Shown here: one piece after another, positions 9,666 through 19,327 of the stretch
Layout: each line of letters starts with the position of its first letter
Position numbering within the stretch: the stretch's first letter is position 1
Source: Candidatus Latescibacterota bacterium
GTDB taxonomy: Bacteria > Latescibacterota > UBA2968
Length of the DNA stretch: 64,000 nt
Direction of reading: 5' to 3'
Assembly (NCBI GenBank): GCA_965116885.1
Contig: OZ220741.1
Span: 1,536,001 to 1,600,000, forward strand
Translations under genes and position numbers: made by a program
The notes under the pieces: model-generated
What the model saw: the letters and a program-made list of their open reading frames with translations, nothing else
Told to the model about the DNA's origin: nothing
The model's database searches: none

Positions 9666-12443
9666 ATGTATAAAAAGCCTTTTATCTGTGTACTCTTCAC
9701 TTTTCTCGCGCTGTCCGCCTCTCCAACTCTTGCCCAGCACTCGGTGGCGCGGCAGTGGAACGATGCCTTGTTGACGGCGATTAGCAATGATAAAGCCTTT
9801 CCCACAATCCAGGCTCGCAATCTTTTTCACACCAGTATCGCGTTGTACGATGCATGGGCGGTGTACGGCGATGGACCCGAGCAGACTTATTTGCTGGGTA
9901 AAACCGTCAATGGTTTTGCTGTTCCCTTTGCCGGTGCGCCCCGTCCCGATGATGTAGAGGAGGCCCGCCACGAGGCCATGAGCTATGCGGCTTATCGCCT
10001 CATAGAACACCGCTTTGCCTATTCGCCTGGTGCGAGGACGACGTTCAACCACATCGGCACGCTTATGGCACAACTGGGATACGATCCGAATTTCACCTCC
10101 ACAGACTATACCGATGGCAACCCTGCGGCTTTGGGCAACTATATCGCCCGGCAATTGATTCAGTTCGGCTTGCAGGACGGTGCCAATGAGCGAGACGCTT
10201 ACCGCATTCGCTACTACACGCCGCTCAATCCGTCTTTAGACCCCTTCCGGCCGGGACATAACGGTCTTATTGATCCCAACTTCTGGCAGCCTCTCAGCCT
10301 TGGAGAATACGACGCGTTTCTCACGCCAGAATGGGGTTCCATGATGTCTTTTGCCCTCGGCGAAGAGGACATGACGATGTACCAACGGGACGGCATTAAC
10401 TATCCAGTCTTCCACGATCCGGGACCGCCGCCCTGTATAGACTTCCAACAACAAAACAGTGAGCGCGCTGGACAGAGAATGGCGTCCGAAGAGTATCAAT
10501 GGGGCTTTGCTCTGGTCGCGCTGTGGTCGTCCCATCTCGACCCGGCTGATGGCGTCCTGTGGAATATTTCGCCCGGTGCTATCGGCAATGCGCCAGCATT
10601 GCCGCAGACCTTGAGCGAGTATAAGGCGTTCTACAACTTTTTCGACGGCGGTGATGCCAGCCAGGGGCATTCGGTTAATCCCCATACCGGGCAGCCGTAT
10701 GAAGACCAGTGGGTGCCGCGCGCCGACTATGCCCGGGTGCTGGCCGAATTTTGGGCCGATGGTCCAGATACCGAGACGCCGCCGGGCCACTGGTTCAGTA
10801 TCCTCAACTATGTCAGTGACCATCCGCTTTTTGAGAAGCGTTTTAAAGGACAGGGACCGATTCTCGACGATCTGGAATGGGATGTAAAGGCATACCTGTC
10901 CCTGGGGGGAGCCATGCACGATGCCGCGGTGAGTTCGTGGAGCATAAAGGCCTGGTACGACTATGTCCGTCCTATTTCGGCCGTTCGCTGGCTGGCTGAC
11001 CGCGGCCAGAGTAGCGATCCCGATCTACCGCGCTATGACCTGGCTGGTCTGCCGCTCGTGGATGGCTATATCGAGTTGGTCAAAGCCAGCGATCCCCTCG
11101 CTGGTACATACGGCGAACACATCGACAAAATCAAATTGAAGGCCTGGCGTGGTCCGGATTATGTCAGGGATACGGCGACTGATATCGCCGGCGTGGGCTG
11201 GATATTGGCCGAGAATTGGTGGCCATATCAGCGGTCCAATTTTGTGACGCCACCTTTTGCTGGCTATGTTTCGGGGCATTCGGTTTTCTCGAATGCTGGT
11301 GCCAGAGTTTTGACTTTGCTCACTGGGGATCCGTTTTTTCCAGGGGGGATGGGCGAGTTTCGCATCCAGCGCAATCGCTTTCTCGTTTTTGAAGAAGGTC
11401 CCAGTGTGGATGTGGTGCTGCAATGGGCTACGTATCAGGACGCTTCAGATCAGAGTTCTCTCTCGCGTCTTTGGGGCGGCATCCATCCGCCTGTAGATGA
11501 TATTCCCGCGCGTATAATTGGTGCCCATATTGGCGAGGATGCTTTTGAGCTATCTGAAGCGTATTTTGGTCAGCCGCTACCATGGGTACTTGATGCGCCT
11601 GTGGTGACGGGATCATCGGCGACCCGTGTGACAGTGAATTGGGAGGCTCCCACCACGACTGTCACGAGCTACGATTTGCGCTACCGACAGGGCGATACGC
11701 TGGTCTTTACGGACGGTCCGCAGGATGTGACCGGGACGAGTGCGACCATTACGGGGCTAAGGCCCAATACCGCATACGTAGTGCAGGTGCGGGGGAGCAA
11801 TGCGACAGGCGATGGCGATTGGTCGCCCGTGGGTGTTGGTAAGACGGCCACGCCGTCTGTTTCTCTGGATGTGGATGATGCTGAAGCGGACCAGTCCCTG
11901 TCCTTTCTCGATGTTTTTCCCGAGCGCGTTATCTCTATCCAGATTTTTGGTAGGTATTTTCAAGCGATAGATAATTTTTCACTGCGCTTTGAATACGATG
12001 CGACGCAGGTGGTTTATGAGGGATTTAGCAGGGGTAGTGTATCTGGCACCTCGGCTCTTTCCGGAAGAGATTTTGTGGCGATAGGGATGACGTTGTCAAA
12101 AGAAAAGCCAGTGGTTGATGGCAGTCTGATGGGCACGATTCGCTTTCGCACTACAGAGGTTTTTTCAGGCACAGATATACGCCTGATGCGGGTGAGCGTT
12201 GTGGGAGAGGAATACGCCGAGATGCTACCCGTGGATCTGAATATTGCCCTGGGCAAGGCTACTCCGCCTTCTCCGGACTTTGACGGCAATGGGATTGTTG
12301 GTATCTCTGACTTTTTGCTCTTTGCTGAGGTGTTTGGTGCCCGGGTGGGTCAAGCAGGGTATGAGGAAAAATACGACCTGGATGGCGATGGCGAGATTGG
12401 AATTTCCGATTTTCTGATCTTTGTGGAGAGCTTTGGCAAATGA
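9666..12443 (+). CDS. Secreted vanadium-dependent haloperoxidase/PAP2-family protein with FN3, cohesin-like and dockerin-like (double EF-hand) C-terminal domains
   Basis: Signal peptide; KAWYDYVRP, GYVSGHS, SRLWGGIH motifs; FN3 (VNWEAP, YDLRY, ITGLRPNTAYVVQV); FEYDATQV cohesin-like; two D(F/L)DGxGx(V/I)GISDFL repeats; AGGAGG SD. Confidence 0.8.
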   Translation: MYKKPFICVLFTFLALSASPTLAQHSVARQWNDALLTAISNDKAFPTIQARNLFHTSIALYDAWAVYGDGPEQTYLLGKTVNGFAVPFAGAPRPDDVEEARHEAMSYAAYRLIEHRFAYSPGARTTFNHIGTLMAQLGYDPNFTSTDYTDGNPAALGNYIARQLIQFGLQDGANERDAYRIRYYTPLNPSLDPFRPGHNGLIDPNFWQPLSLGEYDAFLTPEWGSMMSFALGEEDMTMYQRDGINYPVFHDPGPPPCIDFQQQNSERAGQRMASEEYQWGFALVALWSSHLDPADGVLWNISPGAIGNAPALPQTLSEYKAFYNFFDGGDASQGHSVNPHTGQPYEDQWVPRADYARVLAEFWADGPDTETPPGHWFSILNYVSDHPLFEKRFKGQGPILDDLEWDVKAYLSLGGAMHDAAVSSWSIKAWYDYVRPISAVRWLADRGQSSDPDLPRYDLAGLPLVDGYIELVKASDPLAGTYGEHIDKIKLKAWRGPDYVRDTATDIAGVGWILAENWWPYQRSNFVTPPFAGYVSGHSVFSNAGARVLTLLTGDPFFPGGMGEFRIQRNRFLVFEEGPSVDVVLQWATYQDASDQSSLSRLWGGIHPPVDDIPARIIGAHIGEDAFELSEAYFGQPLPWVLDAPVVTGSSATRVTVNWEAPTTTVTSYDLRYRQGDTLVFTDGPQDVTGTSATITGLRPNTAYVVQVRGSNATGDGDWSPVGVGKTATPSVSLDVDDAEADQSLSFLDVFPERVISIQIFGRYFQAIDNFSLRFEYDATQVVYEGFSRGSVSGTSALSGRDFVAIGMTLSKEKPVVDGSLMGTIRFRTTEVFSGTDIRLMRVSVVGEEYAEMLPVDLNIALGKATPPSPDFDGNGIVGISDFLLFAEVFGARVGQAGYEEKYDLDGDGEIGISDFLIFVESFGK

Positions 12444-12505
12444 TGCACAAGTGCCGGTGGTTTTTAGGTGATTAGTTCCGAAATTGTTTTTTGTGGGAGA
12501 ATATT

Positions 12506-13099
12506 ATGAGCAAAGAAAATGCAGAGGTAGTACCAGATATAGAAGTCTATATTAAAATTATAGAGGAAATTAAACAGAGGGTAGATGTTGTATTACGACT
12601 GCATAAGGGGGAATTGTTTGTGGAGTATCGGGCTACGCAGGTTGAATCAATGATACTTCAAGTTCGTAAGATTTTAGAGTTAATAGTACTGGCGTCGTTG
12701 TCTGCGAATAAATCAATTTTTGAGCAAAACAGGAAGAAATTTGAAGATCATTGGCGTCCTAAAGACATAATTAAGGATATAGAAAGCATAAATCCGGGCT
12801 TTTATCCTATACCAGTTGAGGAAAAACCGTCGGAAGATGAAGGAGTTGTGGACCTGGTTGATGTAAAAACAAAGTTTATGGATCGGGTGGAACTTCTTTT
12901 CGTTTATAGTGAGTGCAATAGATGTTTACATGCATCAAATCTGTACGGGGAAGGTATAGATTATGAGTATTATATAAAAAAAGTGTCTATATGGATAGAT
13001 TGGATTGTTGGGTTGCTCCATACTCACAAGATAGTACTTTTGAATGACAATGACATATATCTTGTGCGTATGGATGTAAAGGGTGAAGTACGCATATAG
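12506..13099 (+). CDS. Hypothetical AT-rich protein, possibly HEPN-like fold
   Basis: About 197-aa ORF with GGGAGA SD, low GC, helical ES..LQ.RK.LE motif and later CNRCLH. Confidence 0.6.
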   Translation: MSKENAEVVPDIEVYIKIIEEIKQRVDVVLRLHKGELFVEYRATQVESMILQVRKILELIVLASLSANKSIFEQNRKKFEDHWRPKDIIKDIESINPGFYPIPVEEKPSEDEGVVDLVDVKTKFMDRVELLFVYSECNRCLHASNLYGEGIDYEYYIKKVSIWIDWIVGLLHTHKIVLLNDNDIYLVRMDVKGEVRI

Positions 13100-13220
13100 T
13101 TTTGTGTTGGAACGAAATTTTTGGTATTTTTTTCGGCACTATTGAATATAATTCCCAAAAATTAAGAAACACCGAGTTTATATCTGTTTAATCTTTCGGA
13201 AATAATCAGACTGTAATTTT

Positions 13221-13256
13221 TACCCCGTCGCGATCATCCGGTATTGCGATGGGGTA
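13221..13256. terminator. Stem-loop, possible terminator
   Basis: TACCCCGTCGCGAT...ATTGCGATGGGGTA inverted repeat with T-rich flanks. Confidence 0.45.
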
Positions 13257-13383
13257 ATGTTTTATATGAACATCGGGTATCGCTTTGTTGAAAGGAGGCT
13301 TTTTGTAGGCTAACCTATTCGTTAAGAAGATTTTGTTTTTTCGATGTATCACAAACTACACACTGGATGGAGGTATCACGCGT

Positions 13384-14710
13384 ATGAAAAAGTTTTTGAA
13401 TATTTTGTTTGTCGCTGCATTGCTATGTACCACGGGTCTTAGTGTTCACGCGGAGGAGACGGTTAAGCTCGGCGTGTTGCACTCTCTGAGTGGGACCATG
13501 GCGATCTCTGAGGTTTCACTGCGCGATGTCGTGCTTATGGCTGTTGGGGAGATCAATGCCAGTGGCGGCGTGCTGGGGAAGAAGATTGAACCCGTGGTTG
13601 TCGATCCGGCATCGGACTGGGATCTGTTTGCCGAGAAAGCCAAAATGTTGCTTCGGGAGGAGAAGGTCGCCGTGACTTTTGGGTGCTGGACTTCGGTTTC
13701 GCGCAAGTCTGTTTTGCCGGTTTTTGAAGAGAGCAATGGTTTGCTTTTTTATCCGGTTCAATACGAAGGGGAGGAGTGTTCTCGAAATATTATTTATACC
13801 GGTGCTTTTTTATCCGGTTCAATACGAAGGGGAGGAGTGTTCTCGAAATATTATTTATACCGGTGCTACGCCCAACCAGCAACTGATTCCCGCTGCTGAA
13901 TATCTGATGAGTGAAGAAGGGGGCAGTTATAAGAAGTTTTATCTGCTGGGTACGGACTATGTTTTCCCGCGTACCGCGAATAAGATTCTTCGCGCTTTCT
14001 TGCTGCACAAGGGTGTGCCCGAAGAGAATATTATTGAAGAATATACGCCTTTTCACCATCAGGACTATCAGACCATAGTCCAGAAGATCAAGCGCTTTGC
14101 CGCCAATGGCGATGCCGCTGTTTTATCCACTATCAATGGCGATTCCAATGTTCCGTTCTACAAGGAATTTGCCAATCAGGGTCTCACATCGGCAATGTGC
14201 CCGATTATGGCGTTTTCTGTCGCTGAAGATGAGTTGCGTTCGATGGATACGGAGTTTCTCGTCGGTCATCTGGCTGCCTGGAACTATTTCCAATCTATTC
14301 CCGTTGCGGAAAATCGCGCGTTTGTGAAAAAGTTTAAAGATTATTGCGCGGCAAACGGGTTGCCCGGTGGTGCCAAGCGCGTTACCGATGATCCCATCGT
14401 GTGGTCTTATGTGGGTGTTTATCTCTGGAAAGCAGCAGTTGAAAAAGCCGGTTCTTTTGATGTTGATGCCGTGCGTCCCGCGCTTTACGGCCTCACATTT
14501 GACGGTCCGGGTGGTACGGTGATGATGGATCCGGTGAATCACCATTTGCACAAGCCCGTGCTGATTGGCGAGATCCGCAAGAACGGTCAATTCAAGATTG
14601 TATATGAGACCGATGGTCTCGTCGCTCCCGATCCCTGGGACGATATCACGAGTGCGGACAAAGATTGCGATCATGTCAAGCACATGGGAACCTATACACT
14701 CAAACAGTAG
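13384..14710 (+). pseudogene. urtA: Urea ABC transporter substrate-binding protein, frameshifted by a 61-bp tandem duplication
   Basis: Signal peptide, [47 protein letters not shown]; exact duplication at 13742-13867 shifts the frame. Confidence 0.9.
13742..13867 (+). repeat. 61-bp perfect tandem duplication inside urtA
   Basis: 13742-13802 is identical to 13803-13863, with TGCT microhomology at 13742, 13803 and 13864. Confidence 0.95.
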
Positions 14711-14759
14711 TGAATTGGGCGGAGCAATTCGATTGTTCCGCCCGTAAAAGGAGAAAAAA

Positions 14760-15659
14760 ATGAAAAAATTGTTGCTGCTTCTCGCGATCCTGGCTTTTTC
14801 AGCCACATCGTCATTCGCTCAGATCAAAATTACAGATAACCTCACGGTTACGGGATTTTTCGATATGTCGTCAACGTATGATACGGCAACCAAATCCAAT
14901 AGTCTGTCTTTTGATCAGTTTGAAGTTGACTTTATTTACAACTATGGACGCGGGCTGTCAGCCCAGGCCGATATCAATAGCTTGAGTGGCGGGTCTGTTG
15001 ATCTCGAGCAGGCTTTTGTGACTTATAAAGCACCGAATGGATTCAGTATTACGGGCGGCAAATTTTTGAGTTGTTCGGGTTGGGAGACTGCAGAACCCAC
15101 AGGTTTGTATCAATATTCTTATTCTGCTACACTTGTTTATGGTGGTTATCAAAATGGTGCCGCTGTGGGGTTTGGCAATGGCAAAGTTGGTTTCTTTGGC
15201 TCTGTTGTTTCCAGCGTGTGGGATGGGTCCGATACCAGTTTTGATGATCTGGGTTTTGAAGCACAGATTGCTTTTACACCTGTTGAAGCATTTACAGCTA
15301 AGGTCGCGTACCTCTGGGAAGATATGGGTGGTTTTGAACAATCGCTTCTCAATGGTTGGGCAATGTATGCCACGGGCCCTGTGACACTGGCTGCGGAATA
15401 CAACTATCTGGCGAACTGGGGGGAAAGTGGAAATGGTGGCTATGGCTGGATTTTAATGGGTAATATGGCTTTGTCCGACAAGGTCGGTGCCACGGTGCGC
15501 TACAGTGGTCTGGATACAGATGCCGATGGAAAGTTTACGGAGATTACTTTTAGTCCCAGCTATACGATTACCGATAACTGGGGTGTGTTGGCCGAATTGC
15601 GCCGCGATATTGATTCAGAAGTAACCCTGTTTGCTTTTGAATCTATCTTTACGTTTTAA
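14760..15659 (+). CDS. Outer-membrane beta-barrel porin in the urea uptake operon
   Basis: Signal peptide, LEQAFV, GGKF..GWE.AEP motifs, amphipathic strands, C-terminal Phe; AAAGGAG SD. Confidence 0.8.
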   Translation: MKKLLLLLAILAFSATSSFAQIKITDNLTVTGFFDMSSTYDTATKSNSLSFDQFEVDFIYNYGRGLSAQADINSLSGGSVDLEQAFVTYKAPNGFSITGGKFLSCSGWETAEPTGLYQYSYSATLVYGGYQNGAAVGFGNGKVGFFGSVVSSVWDGSDTSFDDLGFEAQIAFTPVEAFTAKVAYLWEDMGGFEQSLLNGWAMYATGPVTLAAEYNYLANWGESGNGGYGWILMGNMALSDKVGATVRYSGLDTDADGKFTEITFSPSYTITDNWGVLAELRRDIDSEVTLFAFESIFTF

Positions 15660-15680
15660 CTTGAAAAAATCCCCCGCAAA

Positions 15681-15729
15681 AGAGGGATGCCGCTCTCCTC
15701 TGGGTCTCTCCCAGGTGGCGGTATCTCTC
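15681..15729 (+). terminator. Intercistronic stem-loop after the porin (mRNA stabiliser/attenuator)
   Basis: GAGGGATGCCGC...GCGGTATCTCTC pairing with an inner CTGGG/CCCAG helix. Confidence 0.45.
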
Positions 15730-15754
15730 ACTGTGGAGGAGCTGACTTAAACGC

Positions 15755-17428
15755 ATGAAAATAAAACGCCACAATTTTTTGCGCTCTGTCTGCGCGCTGG
15801 CCCTCATTTTGGGCGTATCGCCCATCCAGGCACAGATGGATCACCCGTTGCAACTCGGGCGCATTGTCAGCAATGACCGCGATAGCATCACTACTGCGGT
15901 CAGAGTTATTTCCGATGCGAAAGATATCGCTTATTATGCCCTGATGGTTGCGCTTTTTAACGGTGAACTCTATCTAAAGAATAATGAGCTCGTCATTATC
16001 GGCGACATGCAAGAAGACGATTATGGCGATACCTTCGCCCCGCTCTACACCGCTTATCCCAAACGCCATCCCATTCTGAACGATGAGGGCAAGCCCCTTA
16101 TTGCGCCGCTGATTGATCTCGAAGAGATTGACAGCAATCGTCGCATCCGCGCGCTTATTCAACCTTATCTTACGCAGATGGAGATTTTTCATCCAGATCC
16201 CGGCAAGCGCCGCGTTGCTGTAGAAACGCTCGGCAATCGCGGTGATCTGGGCGCAGTCCCCATGCTGCGAGATGCTCTGGATAAAGAGGCGGATAGCAGT
16301 ATTCAAAGTCTGATCCGCGTTGCTCTGGGCAAGCTCGAACTCACGCATCCCGACGCCGAGATTCGTCTCAATGCGGCTAAAGCGCTGGGTGAACTCAATA
16401 ATACATTCGTTCTTTCTTTTTTGCGCGCGCGTGTTGAACCCGATGTCAGTGGCAATATTGCCGAGTCAGATCCCGCGGTTCGGAACGAGATACGCGATGC
16501 AATTCAGTGGCTGGAAACATTTAACCAGATCATGGTTGTGATCCAGACAGCTTTTGTCGGTCTCAGTCTGGGGTCTATTCTCATTCTGGTTGCGCTTGGT
16601 CTGGCGGTTATTTATGGGCAGATCGGTATTATCAATATGGCGCATGGCGAATTTATGATGGTTGGGGCTTATTTTACGTTTATTGTGCAGAATATTTGCA
16701 TGATTGTCCTGCCCGCTGCCTATATCGATCTGTTTTTTCTGCTGTCTTTACCCATTGCATTTCTCACGGCTGGTGGTATGGGGTTGCTTGTGGAGTCTCT
16801 GGTTATTCGCCGCCTTTACAATCGTCCTCTCGAGAGTTTGCTGGCTACGTGGGGGATTGGTCTTATTCTCGTACAGCTCGCGCGTACGATTTTTGGGGAT
16901 CTCACGGCTGTCAAGTTGCCCCAGATTCTCAGTGGCGGTTTCGAATTGGCGCCGCAGGTTATGCTGCCGTATAACCGGATCTTTATCATCTGTCTGACCG
17001 CTGTTATCCTGGTTGGTTTGGTCGCATTTTTCTTTAAGACCCGGTTTGGTCTTCGGTTGCGCGCGGTTACACAAAATCGTGAGATGAGTGCTTGTATGGG
17101 TATTCCCACCCGTCGCGTTGATGCGATTGCTTTTTTTCTTGGTACGGGTATCGCAGGGATCGCGGGCTGGGCTATGACGCTTATTGGCAATGTCGTTCCA
17201 AATATGGGGCAGACGTATATTGTCGATGCTTTTCTCGTGGTTGTCGTTGGCGGTGTTGGAAAAATTTTAGGGACGATTGTCGCGGGTCTGGGTATTGGCA
17301 TGTCCAATAAGGTTATTGAACCCTTTGCCGAAGCCGTTTATGCCAAGGTTCTCATTTTGGGCCTTATTATCCTCTTTTTACAGTTGCGTCCCACGGGCAT
17401 CTTTCCCGCGAAGGGGAGAGATGAATAG
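15755..17428 (+). CDS. urtB: Urea ABC transporter permease with N-terminal HEAT-repeat region
   Basis: INMAHGEFMMVGAY, PLESLLATWG, GQTYIVDAFLVVVVGGVG; HEAT-like repeats in the N-terminal half. Confidence 0.92.
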   Translation: MKIKRHNFLRSVCALALILGVSPIQAQMDHPLQLGRIVSNDRDSITTAVRVISDAKDIAYYALMVALFNGELYLKNNELVIIGDMQEDDYGDTFAPLYTAYPKRHPILNDEGKPLIAPLIDLEEIDSNRRIRALIQPYLTQMEIFHPDPGKRRVAVETLGNRGDLGAVPMLRDALDKEADSSIQSLIRVALGKLELTHPDAEIRLNAAKALGELNNTFVLSFLRARVEPDVSGNIAESDPAVRNEIRDAIQWLETFNQIMVVIQTAFVGLSLGSILILVALGLAVIYGQIGIINMAHGEFMMVGAYFTFIVQNICMIVLPAAYIDLFFLLSLPIAFLTAGGMGLLVESLVIRRLYNRPLESLLATWGIGLILVQLARTIFGDLTAVKLPQILSGGFELAPQVMLPYNRIFIICLTAVILVGLVAFFFKTRFGLRLRAVTQNREMSACMGIPTRRVDAIAFFLGTGIAGIAGWAMTLIGNVVPNMGQTYIVDAFLVVVVGGVGKILGTIVAGLGIGMSNKVIEPFAEAVYAKVLILGLIILFLQLRPTGIFPAKGRDE

Positions 17429-17440
17429 ACGAGCTATCTT

Positions 17441-18535
17441 ATGACTTATTACCGTCCCATTATCGTATTCCTTCTCTTTGGCATTGCCGCGCCTGTGCTC
17501 AATGAGATGGGGTTGCTTTCAGATACGACGTTGAATCTTTGGGGTCGTTATTTTTGTTTTGCGATTGCCGCACTGGGGATTGATCTGATCTGGGGATATA
17601 CGGGTATTCTGTCGCTGTGTCAGGCGTTCTTTTTTTGTTTGGGCGGGTATGCGATTGGCATGCACATGTTGCTCAAGACGGGTACGCAAGGGGTTTATGG
17701 GAGTGCGTTACCCGATTTTATGGTGTGGAACCGCGTGGAGCAATTGCCGCTTTTTTGGGAGCCTTTTCACACTTTTACATTTGCGTTTATTCTGGCGCTT
17801 ATGATTCCGGCGATTATTGCGCTCATTTTTGGGTTCCTCGCTTTTCGCAGCCGGCTTCAGGGGGTTTATTTTGCCATTATTACGCAGGCTCTTGCCCTGG
17901 GGGTCTGGCTTATTTTTTTGCGGAATGAGACCATGCTCGGCGGTACCAATGGTCTGACGGATTTTAAGACGTTGCTCGGTTTTGAATTGGCGGATCCGGC
18001 GAGCAAACGCGGTCTTTATATCATTGCGTTTGTCACGCTTTTTGTTTCCTATTTTTTGTGTCGTTTTGTGGTGAAATCCAAGCTCGGGCGCGTGCTTATT
18101 GCGGTTCGAGATAGTGAGCATCGGTTGCGTTTTATCGGCTATCGCGTTATGAGCTACAAGGTATTTGTTTTTGTGATGGCCAGTATGCTCGGTGCTCTGG
18201 GCGGGTTGCTCTATGTGCCTCAGACCGGGATTATTACACCGGGGCGGATGGATGTGCAGGCTTCTATTGAGATGGTGATATGGGTTGCTGTTGGCGGGCG
18301 GGGGACTCTGATCGGTCCGATTATTGGCGCGGTGCTTGTGAATCTTCTCTACAGTTTTTTGACGGGCGCGTTCCCCGGTACATGGCTCTACTTTTTGGGC
18401 TTTCTTTTTATCGGTGTTGTGCTCTTTTTCCCCGATGGTCTTATTGGTCTGCGATCTAAGATAAAGATAAGGAGTTTGAAGCGATTTTTGCCCACACGCA
18501 TCCCAGCACCTGTACCTGCTGAAAGTCAGGATTAA
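17441..18535 (+). CDS. urtC: Urea ABC transporter permease
   Basis: DLIWGYTGILSL, LPDFMVW, GVYFAIITQA, GGTNGLT, WVAVGGRGTL. Confidence 0.92.
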   Translation: MTYYRPIIVFLLFGIAAPVLNEMGLLSDTTLNLWGRYFCFAIAALGIDLIWGYTGILSLCQAFFFCLGGYAIGMHMLLKTGTQGVYGSALPDFMVWNRVEQLPLFWEPFHTFTFAFILALMIPAIIALIFGFLAFRSRLQGVYFAIITQALALGVWLIFLRNETMLGGTNGLTDFKTLLGFELADPASKRGLYIIAFVTLFVSYFLCRFVVKSKLGRVLIAVRDSEHRLRFIGYRVMSYKVFVFVMASMLGALGGLLYVPQTGIITPGRMDVQASIEMVIWVAVGGRGTLIGPIIGAVLVNLLYSFLTGAFPGTWLYFLGFLFIGVVLFFPDGLIGLRSKIKIRSLKRFLPTRIPAPVPAESQD

Positions 18536-18536
18536 T

Positions 18537-19289
18537 ATGATTTTTGATCCGGTTCTGCTGACTGTTGAAAATTTGCGCGTGTCCTTTGATGGATTTGTCG
18601 CGCTCGATATAGACGAGTTTGTCCTGCACGACCGCGAATTGCGCGTTGTTATCGGTCCAAATGGTGCGGGTAAGACCACTTTTCTCGATGTTTTGTGCGG
18701 GAAGACCAGACCCGATCGCGGCAGTGCGCGTTTTGAAAAGTTCGATCTTACCCAGATGAGTGAAGATGCGATTGTCAAAGCGGGGGTTGGGCGGAAGTTT
18801 CAAACGCCGTCTGTTTTTACCTCTCTCACGGTGTACGAGAATCTGATGCTGGCGCTCAAGACTGACCGCACAGTTCTCTTTTCGCTTGTTTCGCGTCTGT
18901 CGGACAAGAATCGCGACCGCATCCAGGCTGTTGCAGAGCAGACGGGGCTGGCCGATCATCTGCATACGGTTGCCGATGCGCTTTCGCACGGGCAGAAACA
19001 GTGGCTGGAGATTGCGATGGTTATTTTGCAAGATCCAGAACTTTTTTTGATTGACGAACCCGCTGCTGGTATGACGGATGAAGAGACGGTTAAGACGGGG
19101 GAGCTTCTCGAACGCCTGACGATGAATCACGCGATTATTGTTATTGAACACGATATGGAATTTGTGAGACAGATCGCCCGCACGGTTACGGTTCTCCACG
19201 AGGGCAAGGTGCTTGTTGAAGGACCGATGGATCAGGTGCAAAATGATCCCCGGGTTATTGAGTGTTATTTGGGTAGTGCGCAGCATTGA
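18537..19289 (+). CDS. urtD: Urea ABC transporter ATP-binding protein
   Basis: GPNGAGKTT, GRKFQTP, LSHGQKQWLEI, DEPAAGM. Confidence 0.93.
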   Translation: MIFDPVLLTVENLRVSFDGFVALDIDEFVLHDRELRVVIGPNGAGKTTFLDVLCGKTRPDRGSARFEKFDLTQMSEDAIVKAGVGRKFQTPSVFTSLTVYENLMLALKTDRTVLFSLVSRLSDKNRDRIQAVAEQTGLADHLHTVADALSHGQKQWLEIAMVILQDPELFLIDEPAAGMTDEETVKTGELLERLTMNHAIIVIEHDMEFVRQIARTVTVLHEGKVLVEGPMDQVQNDPRVIECYLGSAQH

Positions 19290-19315
19290 ATTAAGAATTA
19301 AAAATTAAGAATTGG
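19288..19315 (+). repeat. Tandem heptamer repeat (RAATTAA x4)
   Basis: GAATTAA GAATTAA AAATTAA GAATTGG, starting in the urtD stop codon. Confidence 0.75.
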
Positions 19316-19327
19316 GATAGTATTTCA

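Noticed and set aside
13260..13340. Guanidine or glutamine riboswitch upstream of the urea transporter
   Set aside because: No ykkC, mini-ykkC (paired ACGR loops) or glnA motif could be recognised
17708..18778. Long antisense ORFs (356 aa here; also 30835-31842, 48248-49156, 20797-21660)
   Set aside because: Shadow frames of clearly identifiable genes, with low-complexity R/K/H-rich translations and no SD or domain motifs
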